DNA of 45,483 nt from an uncultured bacterium (GCA_949288405.1 CASEKM010000001.1:1-45483), one strand, 5' to 3'. Positions 18,384 through 28,770 are shown, counted from the stretch's first letter. Notes: generated from the letters alone by a model not told the origin. A program made the numbers and translations.

Positions 18384-21149
18384 TCAATTGACTACAACTG
18401 TTGCCGAACTGCTGCCCACTTGATTTTTCTTTACCACAATCTGATTTTCGATTTTTTCTTTGAGCGATTCTACATGTGATATGATGCCAACCAAGCGATT
18501 TCCATCCGTCAGGCCTGCCAGAGTGAGGTAGGCCTTATTGAGCGCTTCCGAATCCAGGGAGCCAAATCCCTCATCGACGAATAGCGTATCCAGCCGTATT
18601 CCAGTCGACATTTGCACTTCATCGGATAGGCCAAGTGCCAATGCCAAGGATGCCAGAAACGCCTCGCCGCCGGAGAGTGTGTTTACGCTTCTCCGCGATG
18701 CGTTAATATGATCTATAATATCTAACTCCAGGCCGCTCTGACTGCGTTGGTTGTTTGCTACCTTCCGCCGCTCCAAATCGTATTGTCCTCCGGACATTTT
18801 TCTGAGCCGCAGATTGGCAAGCTCCAAGATGTGGTCGAAATAGGCTGATTGAACATAGGTTTCCAGCATAACTTTGTCTTTGCCAGTCAACGTACCGTTC
18901 GCAGTGTCGGATAAAGCATTCATCCAGGTATACTGGGCCTCCAGATCAGACATCTCCTGTACTTTCTTCCTGATCTTTTCTTGTGCGCCCATATTGGTGG
19001 TAATTTGGGTGTGGAGTTCTTTGAGCGCGGAGGACATGACAGCTTTCTGAGCCGTTAATTCGTTTTTTTGTTCTGCCAGTGCGGAAATATCCAATACTGG
19101 AGCAGACGCTATCTGCGCACGGAGTTGCTCCGTAGCAGCGCGAAGCGCTGTCAGTTCTTCTTTACATGTATTATAGTTTGATTCCGCCTCAGATAATGCT
19201 GCCTTCAGAGCGCTCAACTGTTCTTGCAGGGCGGCTTTAGACGCCATAGCGGCATCTTTGTCCTGAAAACTCAATTTTGAGCGCATAGAGTCAATTTGGC
19301 TATCCAATTCTGAAATGGCAGCAGACAGAGAGGCGCTTTGCTCTTTGGCTGTGGCTAACGCCGTCTCGCATTCAGCAAGCGCTTTTTCACCTTCAGGTAT
19401 TTGCCGTTCCAAAATCTCCTTCCTGGCTGTTTGCTTCTCGGCTTCTTCAATTTGTCCTTCCAATTCTTTGATCTGGATCGCTAAATCTTTGATTTTTGTT
19501 TCAGCCGCATTGCGGATGTCCTCTGGCAGTTCTTCGCCAAAAACTAGAACTGCTGCGTTGGCGACGTTTTCTTCAGACGCTGCGACAAGACCTCTCTGAA
19601 CACTGGCGGTCCCGCTGGCCGTCTCAGTCTTTTGCTGAGCGGCCTCGTATTCCAGCTTGGCTTGTTCCACCTCGGCCTCAGTAGGAGCAGACTGAGATAC
19701 CGCAGCGAGGCGGGGATGTTCCGTTGAACCGCACACAGGACATGGAGTTCCGGGTGCCAAAGTGGAAGCAATGATCCCAGCCTGCTCATCCAAATACGCC
19801 TTGTTTTTTTGGTCATATTCTTGACGCAATCTGGCAGACTCCGACTCCGCATCCTGATAGGCAAGCTGCAATTCATTCAGCTTGCTGCGCGCATTTGCCA
19901 AATCACCAAGTCTGTCAAGCAAGGCTTGAAATTGCTGTTTCAGTTGACTCAGGTGCTGTTTCTCATTTAAAAGCTTTTCTCGCTCTACCGTGGCGAATTC
20001 TAATTCCCTGCTCTCAGCTCGCAGAGATTCCAGCTTGTTGAAAAGTGTCAGCTTTCTCTCCTGCTCGGTATCCTTTGCAGCCTCAGCAGCACTCAGCGCC
20101 TGACTCTTGTTGGAACGCTCCTGGAGCTTCACTTCCAACTCATCGTAGGATGGGAGCTGCAGCTCCAACGCAGTAATTTTTTTATCTAAGCTCTCCTGCT
20201 CGGGAATCGTTGCCTGGGCGGCACGCAAAGCCAAGGATAATGGTTCCAAGGATGCCGTCTTTTCAGATTCTTCCTTCGACTTCTCCTCTAAGGAGTGTTT
20301 CGCTGCTTGAACGGTTTCTGCACCCGCCAACTGTGACACAACATGTTCCAGCTCTGTTTCAATGTGCGCAGCCTCCTGCTCCAGCAGCGTCTGTTGGGTG
20401 GAATTCTCTTCGAGAAGCTTTTCCAGTAGGTCCTGCACCTCGGGAATGGGCAGCTTACCGTTTCGGGCTTCTTCAACTTGCTGCGCAAGTGGAGCGTCAT
20501 TCCGGCAGGCGATTCCCTCGATATATTGTCGAATGCTGATGTTTGCCTGTTCTCTGCGCGACCTTATTTCACTTGCGTCAGCCTTCAACTTATCTTGGAG
20601 AGACACAAACAATTCCGTGCCAAAAATATCGCGGAATATTTTTTGTCTCTCCTTAGTACCTGCCTGAAGCAGTTTTCGGAATTCGCCTTGAGAAATCATA
20701 CAGATTTGAGAGAATTGCTCCCGGGTGAGCCCGATCACCTCTTTCACTGCACGATCCACTCCGGTTGCCTTTGTAACGATTCTGCCGTCTGGATAAGTAA
20801 ATTGGGCATCTGCCGCCTGTTTTGTGGTACCAGTCCCTCGGGTCTTCAGCCGTTCATATTCAGGGTTGCGGCGCACTGTATATTCCTGGCCGCCGTAGGA
20901 AAAAACCAGCTCAACATAAGTGGGATCTTCGGCGTTCGCATACTTGGACCGCAGCATATCAACGGAACGACTGTCTCCGCTTGCCGCACCGAATAAAGCA
21001 TAGGTAATGGCGTCAAAGATTGTAGTCTTCCCCGCTCCAGTATCTCCTGTAATAAGGTAGAGGCCGCTTTCTCCCAGAGAAGAAAAATCTAACACTTGGG
21101 TGTGGGCGTATGGACCGAAGCCGGCAATCGTCAATTTAATAGGCCTCAT
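18384..21149 (-). CDS. sbcC: SbcC/Rad50-like SMC ATPase
   Basis: GDTGAGKT, Q-loop SQGEF, long coiled coil with CPVCG Zn hook, LSGGE, LFVDEGFGSLD, IISH. Confidence 0.93.
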   Translation of the reverse strand: MRPIKLTIAGFGPYAHTQVLDFSSLGESGLYLITGDTGAGKTTIFDAITYALFGAASGDSRSVDMLRSKYANAEDPTYVELVFSYGGQEYTVRRNPEYERLKTRGTGTTKQAADAQFTYPDGRIVTKATGVDRAVKEVIGLTREQFSQICMISQGEFRKLLQAGTKERQKIFRDIFGTELFVSLQDKLKADASEIRSRREQANISIRQYIEGIACRNDAPLAQQVEEARNGKLPIPEVQDLLEKLLEENSTQQTLLEQEAAHIETELEHVVSQLAGAETVQAAKHSLEEKSKEESEKTASLEPLSLALRAAQATIPEQESLDKKITALELQLPSYDELEVKLQERSNKSQALSAAEAAKDTEQERKLTLFNKLESLRAESRELEFATVEREKLLNEKQHLSQLKQQFQALLDRLGDLANARSKLNELQLAYQDAESESARLRQEYDQKNKAYLDEQAGIIASTLAPGTPCPVCGSTEHPRLAAVSQSAPTEAEVEQAKLEYEAAQQKTETASGTASVQRGLVAASEENVANAAVLVFGEELPEDIRNAAETKIKDLAIQIKELEGQIEEAEKQTARKEILERQIPEGEKALAECETALATAKEQSASLSAAISELDSQIDSMRSKLSFQDKDAAMASKAALQEQLSALKAALSEAESNYNTCKEELTALRAATEQLRAQIASAPVLDISALAEQKNELTAQKAVMSSALKELHTQITTNMGAQEKIRKKVQEMSDLEAQYTWMNALSDTANGTLTGKDKVMLETYVQSAYFDHILELANLRLRKMSGGQYDLERRKVANNQRSQSGLELDIIDHINASRRSVNTLSGGEAFLASLALALGLSDEVQMSTGIRLDTLFVDEGFGSLDSEALNKAYLTLAGLTDGNRLVGIISHVESLKEKIENQIVVKKNQVGSSSATVVVN

Positions 21150-22282
21150 TTCATACCCTCCTGTATCGACTCAATCAGCCCCTTGGTATAATTACGCTGT
21201 ATTTCGCTCATGGGTTGATTATTCTGCAATTCATAGAGCTCTTCAAATAAATCCAGCGGTGTTTTCCGCTTCACTTGTTCCGCACTGTCAATTACCTGAC
21301 TATTCCTGGTACGAGCATTATCGTAGCTGAGCCGCATGATGTTAGGGAAGATCACCCTCAGTTGTCCGATCGCTTCCAGCACATCCTCTTCATCCGTCAG
21401 GATAATATGCAGGTAATCATCTGTAACCGTGGCGGAGTAATAGGTTTTGTCCGTCAACTGTGCAAATGTGCCTGTAATTTCCCGCATATCGTGTCTGGGT
21501 GTTAGCGGGATCGTATGCACATTCAAATCCCCTTTGGCGCCGAGATCCACGACTGTAACGCTTTTATAGTGTTGTACCTCAGAAAAGGAGTACTTTAGCG
21601 GTGTCCCGCAGTAGCGGATCCGATTGGAGCCTATATTTTGGGCGCCGTGCAGATGGCCCAAGGCAACATAATCAAAATCAGCAAAGACAGAGGCATCCAC
21701 ATTGTCACTGCCCCCCACGTGGATCTCTTCTGATTCACAGGTCTCAGCGCCCGTGATAAATTGGTGGGTCAACAGCACGTTCCTGGTGTCTACATCCAGA
21801 TTCATGTGTTGGATCGCCACACGGATGGCATCCGTATAGTTCTCAATAGATTCATCCGGGAAATACCGCCGCACATGGGCCGGTTTTACAAAGGGAAGCA
21901 GCCAGAATTTGACGTTTCCATACGCATCAGACAATGTAATCGGGGTAATGGAGCCGTTGTAGGCAGGCGAGAGATAGATCCCAGCTCCCGCCATAAGCCG
22001 TCCGCCAAAGGATAGGCGCTCGGGAGAATCGTGGTTGCCGCTGATAATCAAGACCGGTAAGTGCCGCTGTGACAGTTGGAATAGGAAATCATCGAGAAGT
22101 GTTACTGCCTCCGCAGAAGGAACCCCTTTATCGTAGACGTCGCCGGCAATCAAGACCGCATCCGGCTGCTCCCCATCAATAATCTGGATAATTTCGTTCA
22201 GGATGTATTCTTGGTCGTCCAGCATGGAGATGTCGTTGACGCGCTTGCCAAGATGTAAATCGGAGAGGTGTATTAGCTTCAT
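21146..22282 (-). CDS. sbcD: SbcD/Mre11-like nuclease
   Basis: SDLHLG, AGDVYD, SGNHDS, THQF, ALGHLH metallophosphoesterase motifs; overlaps the sbcC start. Confidence 0.95.
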   Translation of the reverse strand: MKLIHLSDLHLGKRVNDISMLDDQEYILNEIIQIIDGEQPDAVLIAGDVYDKGVPSAEAVTLLDDFLFQLSQRHLPVLIISGNHDSPERLSFGGRLMAGAGIYLSPAYNGSITPITLSDAYGNVKFWLLPFVKPAHVRRYFPDESIENYTDAIRVAIQHMNLDVDTRNVLLTHQFITGAETCESEEIHVGGSDNVDASVFADFDYVALGHLHGAQNIGSNRIRYCGTPLKYSFSEVQHYKSVTVVDLGAKGDLNVHTIPLTPRHDMREITGTFAQLTDKTYYSATVTDDYLHIILTDEEDVLEAIGQLRVIFPNIMRLSYDNARTRNSQVIDSAEQVKRKTPLDLFEELYELQNNQPMSEIQRNYTKGLIESIQEGMK

Positions 22283-22409
22283 ATAGGCATCCTCCAGCTA
22301 TTGATCACTTTGAGTTTATCCGTCAAAAATACTACAATTTCAACCATCATCTTTCCGGCAGCTCCTCCAGTTTCCAATATTCTGACCTGTTCCTGCATGT
22401 TCTCTGCGG

Positions 22410-22580
22410 TCACTTGAGCCCATGCCGCTTGGCGATTTTCTCCAGCTCCTCATCGTCCGCCTTCCGGATCTCATCCTCCTCCATCAGCATGACGGGCATT
22501 CCGCCGGCAAAGGCGCCGGCGTACACGTCGTCCAGCAGCTTCCGCCGCAAGTCTTCCGAGTTTTGTCCATTATTTTTCAT
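22410..22580 (-). CDS. 56-aa acidic helical hypothetical protein (copy A)
   Basis: MKNNGQNSEDLRRKLLDDVYAGAFAGGMPVMLMEEDEIRKADDEELEKIAKRHGLK; GGAGG RBS; paralog at 39543-39713. Confidence 0.8.
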   Translation of the reverse strand: MKNNGQNSEDLRRKLLDDVYAGAFAGGMPVMLMEEDEIRKADDEELEKIAKRHGLK

Positions 22581-22669
22581 TTGAACGTCCTCCCTTTGAT
22601 CAGATTGAAACTTGTGGGGTCTGGGAAACGAACACGAACCCCGCTCCTCCTTCACCCTATTTTTCCTGC

Positions 22670-25600
22670 CTATTCAATACTGTACTGCTGCCCTGCCTGG
22701 TTATTTCTGTTTTGGTACGATCCCAGGTAGACCCAGCCATCCCCTTCCTCTGCTTCACAGACATAGGCCTGTTCCGGGCGCCCGTCGTCCTCCAGAAACT
22801 CATTGTACACAGTCATAACCCAATAATCTCCCAGCTGGTAAACGCCGGTAACCTCATCTCCCTGATATTCCATGCCCTCCGGGGTGGACAGTGCCGTGCC
22901 TTCTTCCGAGACCCGCTCCAAAAACCACAGGCGGAAGGAATCCGTCATATAAATCTCCCAGCCATTGATGTAGTAGTCGATGCTGCTCTCATCGGGGGGC
23001 AGACTTCCGATCAGGTCCACGGCGGATTGGATGTCGTCCTCACGATGGAAGTCGGTGAGCTTTCCGGCAATGACCCGATAGGAATCGTCATACTGGAGAA
23101 AATAAGACTCTTCATATTGGCTGTAATGGAACGTGCCCTCGTCGATGCTCCTGGCCAGCTCCCGATAGGGGGCTCCGTCCATGTAGCGCCGGACGCCGAA
23201 GAAAATTCCGATGGCAGCAGCTACCAGAGCCGCCGCAAGAAGCAGCTTCTTCCGCTGCTTTTCCTTCTGCGCCTGCATCTTTTCCCGCTGAGCCTGCGCT
23301 GCGGCGGCCTGTTCCGCCTGTTCCTTTTCCAGACGGGCCTGCTCCTCCGCTTTCTTCCGCTGCTTCTCCTCCTCCAGCGCCTTGACCCGCTCCAGGCACT
23401 GGGCCTGTCGCTCGGCGCTGTCCCGGTACCCATTCAGCGCCTCAAAGGCCTTTGCGGCCTTTCGGAAGGCGGTAATGCTCTTGGCCTTCTCCATGGCCTG
23501 GCAGGCGCTGTCGTAGTCGGCCTGCTGTCTGGCCGCCGCCTGCTCCGCTTCCCGGCGGGCCTTCTCCTCTGCTTTTTTCTTCTTCTGCTCCTCTTCCAGC
23601 ACCTGGGCGCGCTCCAGGCACCGGGCCCTCCGCACGCCGCTGTCTTGGTACCCCTCCAATTCCTCAAAGGTCTTGGCCGCCTTTCGGAACGCGGCGGCGG
23701 TCTTGGCCTTCTCCATGGACCGGCAGGCGCTGTCGTAGTCAGCTTGCTGTTTCTCCGCCTTTTCCAGCACCGCCCGAAGGACATTCAAAAGCTGGGCAGC
23801 CGCTTCCTCTCGGGTCGTCTCCTCCGGCTCCACTGAGACTCTCGGAAGCTGAGCAGTCACCTCCACCCGGGCCATCTCCCCCGGGCGCGGCGGCACGCTT
23901 CTGACGCGCACATCAGGTTCTTTGCGGGCGGCGGGTTCTTTTTGTGCAGCGGGAACTGTTTTCTTCGGCGTTCCTCTCGGGATGGGCCGGCCCTCCAGGG
24001 CGCAGACCAGATCCTCCTCCCGGATGATCTGGATGTTTTTCCCTTTGGCCCGCTGCTCCTGGACCTGTTCCAGCTTCCGCGCTCCGAAGTCTCCCAGACT
24101 GCCGATGACCAAATAGTTGGTTTTCCCGCTGATGGCCTGGGTGCACCGTCCCCCCTTGTCCTGGATTTTTGCCTTGATGGCTTCCCGGTCGTTGCCGCAG
24201 TGGGCAAACTCTCCTGTCAGGACAAAGGCGCTGCCGGGGATGGTCACCGCAGGTACCCGGTCAAAGGGGACCTTTTCCAGGGCTTTTTGCTGTTTCTCGA
24301 TGCGGATGCGCTCCTGATCCACAATGGAGTAACCCTGCTCCTGGTACCCAACCGCCTGCTCCAGGATGGTGCGGTAGATCTCCTCCTGGGTAATGCCGCC
24401 AATCCGCTCCGCCAGCTGCCGGGGAAACTCATCCGGCTGGAAGTCCGGGTCGCCTGGGGCGTAGTCCTCATATTGCTCATCGACGCGGTATCCCGGGCAC
24501 TCAAAGCCGGAACCGGAGATATCCCGCTGCCCGTCCTTCTCATAGAAAAAGGAACTGTCGCTGGCCCCCAGGCGAAAGACATTGTAAAAATTATAGATCC
24601 CCCACGCCAGGCCGTAGTCCCCGGCCTGGTCCATCAGCCGGTCCAGCACTTCCTCTGTGCTCGTCAGATCGTTGTAAGAGCTCTTTTGCAGCGTCTCGCG
24701 CAGCTGGCCCAGGCGGGCGGCTACGTCGCCGGCAAACCGTCGCATTTGGACGGTAAATTCCGGCGGCAGGGTGCTTTCTAACTCCTGAACGGATCTCCGC
24801 TCCCTCTGCTCCAGCTGACCAGCATCCTCTTCTGCCTCCAGCTCCTGGACGGTCCCGTTACTCTCCACCCGGATGCGGTACATGTTCCTGGGCTGGGCCG
24901 CGCCGGCCACCGGCTTGAGCGCCCCCTGGATCGGCGTGTCAAAATTCATGGCATTGGCAAACGTAATGGTGAACGCCTCATTTTTCCCGTTGTACTGCCG
25001 CAGCTGGCGCAGGAAAGCCCCCACATAGCGGTAGGCGTCCGGGATACCAGCCACCAGATTGCGGTCAATGACGATGGCGTAGTTGTCCTGCCCATCTTCC
25101 TGAATGTGCAGCATATGGTATGCCAGCAGGTTCATCATGGTCATGCCGGTGAGGGGCACGTCGTTGTCGTTGAATAGGAGGGGCAGCAGTTTTTTGTGGA
25201 TCTTCTCCTTGGGGAGGCGCAGCTCCGGGACCTGATCCAGCTCCAGCAGAAGCCTGATAATCTCCGGCACAAACACATCCCGTTTTTTCACCAGGAGCGG
25301 GTGCTCCGACAGCTTGATCGCGTTAATCCGCACACCGCTTTCCAGTCCGTTTTTCCGGAAATCGTCTTCATTGAAAAACAGGACGTCAGTGGAAAACAGC
25401 TGGGCGACGGTCACGGCGTTCAGCCGGCCATCCTCGGCGGCGTAGCTGCCGAACTGGGCCTGGTCATCCTGGGTGAGCGCTTCCTGGGAACCGCCCTCTC
25501 CCTGTACAGCCGGAGCCAGCGCCGCATCCCCGATCCTCTGGACAGAGCGGAGGACGGGCAGCAGCTGCTGTTCAAAAACAGGGATATCGACGGGGTCATA

Positions 25601-26872
25601 GTAACCCATAAAAATGGGCATTTCAAACGAGCTGGGAAGCCCTACAAAAAAGTATCCGGGAAAATACCGCTCCTCCAGGAGTTCGTTTTTTGCCCAGACG
25701 TAGGAGAGCATCCGGTCCTCCTCCGCCAGGTCCAGCTTCCCTGCATACGTTCCGCCCAAGCCGCTGAGCTGTCTGGTCATGGTCTCCGCGATCCCGTTGG
25801 CGATATTTCCCATGTTTTCCCGAAAACTTTCAAAACAGAGCTTGTTCGCCTCACTGGCGTCCTTCTTTTCGGGTTCATAACTGACGGTCCCCTCGTGGTG
25901 CAGCTTTGTCACCTGCCAGAGCATGGGGGTATCCTCAGGCATGGAGAAGGTACCCTCCCGATAGTCCTCCGGGGTCTCCTCCGGCATACCAAAACAGGCG
26001 TTTTGCTCTTCGTCATAATAGTAGACCGCCCCGTCGGGCAGAGAAAGGCTCAGTCCGTCCAGGAGTTGGACCCGGCCGCCCCCCTTGGGAAGACCGGTCA
26101 CCCGTTTCCGTGGGCCTCCGGCGGGCGCCTTAGACGCCTGGGCGGAGGCTTTCTTTTTCCCCTGCCCGCCAGAGGTTTTAGCACCGGCGGCCTTCTTTGC
26201 GCGGTCCGCACGTGACCCCGCGGCCGGAGCGGCGGGATCCCCCAGCCGGGCGCTCTCCAGCAAAGGACGCACCGCCTGGACCATCTTCTCCAGGTCCCCG
26301 TTCGCGTCCGGAACCGCGAGGGAGCCCATGAAAAATTTCGCCCCAGAGGGACTGGCCAGGGCCAGCAGGACGTAGCGGAATCCCAGCGTGATACCCATGA
26401 TTTGGATATTCTTCTCAATGACCGCGAAGGCTTTTTCCGAAGAAATCTCAAAAATCTGGTACGCTCCTCCGGCTTCCGAGGCGCTGATGCTGGAACGGAG
26501 GGTAAACCCCTCCTCCGTCTCCTCCACCTGGGTACTGGAGCCCAGCTCATAGGGTTTTTCAGAGGGCTTCCCCCCTGTCATTTGTACAGCAATCAGCTGC
26601 AGCAGCTTGGGCAGCTGACTGCGGACCGCAGGGGGCACATCGTCCCCAATGCTCACCGACTGAGGATGCAGCCCGCTCAGCTTCCAACGGAAGGGGGCCT
26701 CGTCGTCCGCTGTAAAGGGACCGGATTTATAGCTGCTGCAATTTTCCAGCTCTATCATGTCCCAGTTGCCGTCGTCGTCTTTTCCATAGGCGGTTCCATA
26801 AGGGATCTGGATGTGAAGTCCGCCATCAACGGTCAGCCATTTTCCCTTTTGGGGAACTCCGTTCATCTTCAT
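22670..26872 (-). CDS. About 1400-aa membrane-anchored protein with a BRCT domain and two 74-aa helical repeats
   Basis: BRCT (FVLTGEF...KGG....ISGKTNYLVIG...K...A.GKNIQIIREEDL), repeats QQADYDSAC..MEKAK...FRKAAK.FE.L.GY.DS, coiled coil, single TM helix (LLLAAALVAAAIGIFFGV) near the C-terminus. Confidence 0.85.
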   Translation of the reverse strand: MKMNGVPQKGKWLTVDGGLHIQIPYGTAYGKDDDGNWDMIELENCSSYKSGPFTADDEAPFRWKLSGLHPQSVSIGDDVPPAVRSQLPKLLQLIAVQMTGGKPSEKPYELGSSTQVEETEEGFTLRSSISASEAGGAYQIFEISSEKAFAVIEKNIQIMGITLGFRYVLLALASPSGAKFFMGSLAVPDANGDLEKMVQAVRPLLESARLGDPAAPAAGSRADRAKKAAGAKTSGGQGKKKASAQASKAPAGGPRKRVTGLPKGGGRVQLLDGLSLSLPDGAVYYYDEEQNACFGMPEETPEDYREGTFSMPEDTPMLWQVTKLHHEGTVSYEPEKKDASEANKLCFESFRENMGNIANGIAETMTRQLSGLGGTYAGKLDLAEEDRMLSYVWAKNELLEERYFPGYFFVGLPSSFEMPIFMGYYDPVDIPVFEQQLLPVLRSVQRIGDAALAPAVQGEGGSQEALTQDDQAQFGSYAAEDGRLNAVTVAQLFSTDVLFFNEDDFRKNGLESGVRINAIKLSEHPLLVKKRDVFVPEIIRLLLELDQVPELRLPKEKIHKKLLPLLFNDNDVPLTGMTMMNLLAYHMLHIQEDGQDNYAIVIDRNLVAGIPDAYRYVGAFLRQLRQYNGKNEAFTITFANAMNFDTPIQGALKPVAGAAQPRNMYRIRVESNGTVQELEAEEDAGQLEQRERRSVQELESTLPPEFTVQMRRFAGDVAARLGQLRETLQKSSYNDLTSTEEVLDRLMDQAGDYGLAWGIYNFYNVFRLGASDSSFFYEKDGQRDISGSGFECPGYRVDEQYEDYAPGDPDFQPDEFPRQLAERIGGITQEEIYRTILEQAVGYQEQGYSIVDQERIRIEKQQKALEKVPFDRVPAVTIPGSAFVLTGEFAHCGNDREAIKAKIQDKGGRCTQAISGKTNYLVIGSLGDFGARKLEQVQEQRAKGKNIQIIREEDLVCALEGRPIPRGTPKKTVPAAQKEPAARKEPDVRVRSVPPRPGEMARVEVTAQLPRVSVEPEETTREEAAAQLLNVLRAVLEKAEKQQADYDSACRSMEKAKTAAAFRKAAKTFEELEGYQDSGVRRARCLERAQVLEEEQKKKKAEEKARREAEQAAARQQADYDSACQAMEKAKSITAFRKAAKAFEALNGYRDSAERQAQCLERVKALEEEKQRKKAEEQARLEKEQAEQAAAAQAQREKMQAQKEKQRKKLLLAAALVAAAIGIFFGVRRYMDGAPYRELARSIDEGTFHYSQYEESYFLQYDDSYRVIAGKLTDFHREDDIQSAVDLIGSLPPDESSIDYYINGWEIYMTDSFRLWFLERVSEEGTALSTPEGMEYQGDEVTGVYQLGDYWVMTVYNEFLEDDGRPEQAYVCEAEEGDGWVYLGSYQNRNNQAGQQYSIE
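23330..23750 (-). repeat. Intragenic 222-bp tandem duplication
   Basis: TGTCGTAGTC at 23509 and 23731 within two aligned 74-aa units. Confidence 0.85.
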
Positions 26873-26975
26873 CTTTCCCGCTTCCTCTCTGTCACAATCT
26901 GATTTAACTGGCCAAAGCGCCGCACCGCATCTCCCACCGCGGAGTTCCGTGATTTCAAAACAACATTGCAAGAAA

Positions 26976-27024
26976 ATTATACGTTAAAATATATCAAAAA
27001 TCTATACTATGCAGTTTGCATAGT
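26976..27024 (-). promoter_or_regulatory. Palindrome plus -10 box module, copy 1
   Basis: ACTATGCA-AAC-TGCATAGT, then 24 bp, then TATAAT (minus strand). Confidence 0.6.
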
Positions 27025-27054
27025 GTCCAATATAGCCAAGCTATCCGCCGGCGC

Positions 27055-27088
27055 AAAAAAAGAGGACAGGAACTCCTGTCCTCCTTTT
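27055..27088. terminator. Terminator, copy 1
   Basis: AAAAAAA-GAGGACAGGA-AC-TCCTGTCCTC-CTTTT. Confidence 0.8.
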
Positions 27089-27105
27089 GGGATTCTTTAT
27101 GCGTG

Positions 27106-28473
27106 CTATTCGCCACATTCCAGAACCTGGAACAGGTCCTCCTCCCGGATGATCTTTATATTCTTCCCCTTGGCATTCTGCTGCTCTACCTGCTCGATCT
27201 TTCTCGCTCCGAAGTCTCCCAAATCGCCGATGACCAGATACGTGGTCTTTCCGCTGACGGACCCGGTGGATCTGCCGCCCTTTTCCACGATCAGCGCCTG
27301 AATCTTCTCCCGGTCATCGCCGCAGTGCCAGAAACGCCCCGTCAGCACAAAGGTGCTGCCCGGCACAACCACGCGGTCCACCTGGTCAAAGGGCCGGCCC
27401 ATCTCTGCTTCTAATTTTCTCCGATCCAAAGCTTTGCTTAAAATGGGTATATCATCTTTGTCTCCCTCGTCATTTGTCTCACATATACCCATTTTACGAA
27501 ATGGAACCCAATCTGCACTGCTCGGAAACCCCCAAGCTATATTTTCATAGACATTTTTGATTGTAATGTTCCCGCCAAAATAATATTCATTTCCTTCCTC
27601 ATCTGAGAGCAGAAGCTGTTTGCCAAGTTGTTTCACACAGAAGGCAATGTCAGGATATACCTGCTGAAGTCCCTCCGTCAGTTCCTCCGCCGCCCCCCTC
27701 CAGGCAACGCTTTTTCCGGCATCAGAAAGCGTCAACAGCTGAAAAATATCCGCCAGTTCATCCTCGCACTCATCATCCCACCTTGCTTCTTCGTACCGTT
27801 CAGCGATTTCATCATCCGGGGTGATATAGGTCCAGATCCCATCTATATCACACCGCAGAAGAAACAGGAGGCCCTCCTCGAATGCCATATGGACGTCCGA
27901 TTCTGAGCAACCACTGAGTCCGTTGGACCCGATCGGTATGTCCAATACATTGTCTACATCCCAGAGATTCACCAGATGTCCGGAGCCATCTGCACCTTTG
28001 TACTGCAGCAAGACATCCAATTCTCCCTTTGCCTGATTTTCTGCATTCAAAAAGTCCTGCAGACCCTCTGCGTCCGTTCCGGCCCGGGCAGGGCAGATTG
28101 TATTCTCTCCCGCAGCAGAGTAGTAAGAATAGTAACCAACCGAATCGCTGACGGAGAAATTCAGTTCCAATGCCACCGCAATCTCCAGCACAGGATATGC
28201 CCTAGCGATCCCATTGATGCAATCTAGGAGCACTAAGGCAAGTGGAGAAAGGTGCTCCCATACGACCATAACAATCTCATCTTCACGTTTTTGAGCCATC
28301 GTATCTGCCTTGCGGCAAAGAATACCCGCTACATCGTTTATCTCCTCCCGCACGTCCTCATTCATATAATTTCCAGACAATAAATGTCCCCATGTCTCCA
28401 CCGTATCCGGGAGTGTTCGCATTACGCCTGCTGGCCCGCGAAAGGCCACCTGAAACCTTCCAGTGTATTGCAT
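27106..28473 (-). CDS. Acidic protein with C-terminal BRCT domain
   Basis: C-terminal FVLTGRF...EKGG....VSGKTTYLVIG...KI......KGKNIKIIREEDL; GGAGGG RBS before ATG 28473. Confidence 0.85.
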   Translation of the reverse strand: MQYTGRFQVAFRGPAGVMRTLPDTVETWGHLLSGNYMNEDVREEINDVAGILCRKADTMAQKREDEIVMVVWEHLSPLALVLLDCINGIARAYPVLEIAVALELNFSVSDSVGYYSYYSAAGENTICPARAGTDAEGLQDFLNAENQAKGELDVLLQYKGADGSGHLVNLWDVDNVLDIPIGSNGLSGCSESDVHMAFEEGLLFLLRCDIDGIWTYITPDDEIAERYEEARWDDECEDELADIFQLLTLSDAGKSVAWRGAAEELTEGLQQVYPDIAFCVKQLGKQLLLSDEEGNEYYFGGNITIKNVYENIAWGFPSSADWVPFRKMGICETNDEGDKDDIPILSKALDRRKLEAEMGRPFDQVDRVVVPGSTFVLTGRFWHCGDDREKIQALIVEKGGRSTGSVSGKTTYLVIGDLGDFGARKIEQVEQQNAKGKNIKIIREEDLFQVLECGE

Positions 28474-28655
28474 GGACTTTCCCTCCAATCTTTTCTGTTC
28501 CTCACACCGCTTGGCGATTTCTCCGTTTATCGTTAAATACCAGATTCAATGAACCGTTCCATTAGATTCTGGTATGTCTCACAACATCTCGCCCGCTTGT
28601 TCAAAAGCAGGCACATCCTCCCTTCCGCTCTGAGATAACCTGTTCACGCGAGAAT

Positions 28656-28704
28656 ATTTTACCAAAAAATGCACAAAAAGTCTATGTGATGCAGCTTGCA
28701 TAGT
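28656..28704 (-). promoter_or_regulatory. Palindrome plus -10 box module, copy 2
   Basis: ACTATGCA-AGC-TGCATCAC, then 24 bp, then TAAAAT with a TG extension. Confidence 0.55.
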
Positions 28705-28737
28705 GTTTGACATGCCTATACCTCATGCCATCACAGC

Positions 28738-28770
28738 AAAAAAGAGGACAGGAAATCCTGTCCTCCCTTT
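28738..28770. terminator. Terminator, copy 2
   Basis: AAAAAA-GAGGACAGGA-AA-TCCTGTCCTC-CCTTT; near-identical to 27055-27088. Confidence 0.8.

Noticed and set aside
18384-21149. Wadjet or Lamassu SMC component
   Set aside because: The CPVCG zinc hook and adjacent Mre11-type nuclease indicate SbcCD.
28500-28525. Fourth copy of the 56-aa domain (CCGCTTGGCGATTT match to copy A)
   Set aside because: Only 14 bp match with no extended similarity; could be chance or a very decayed remnant.
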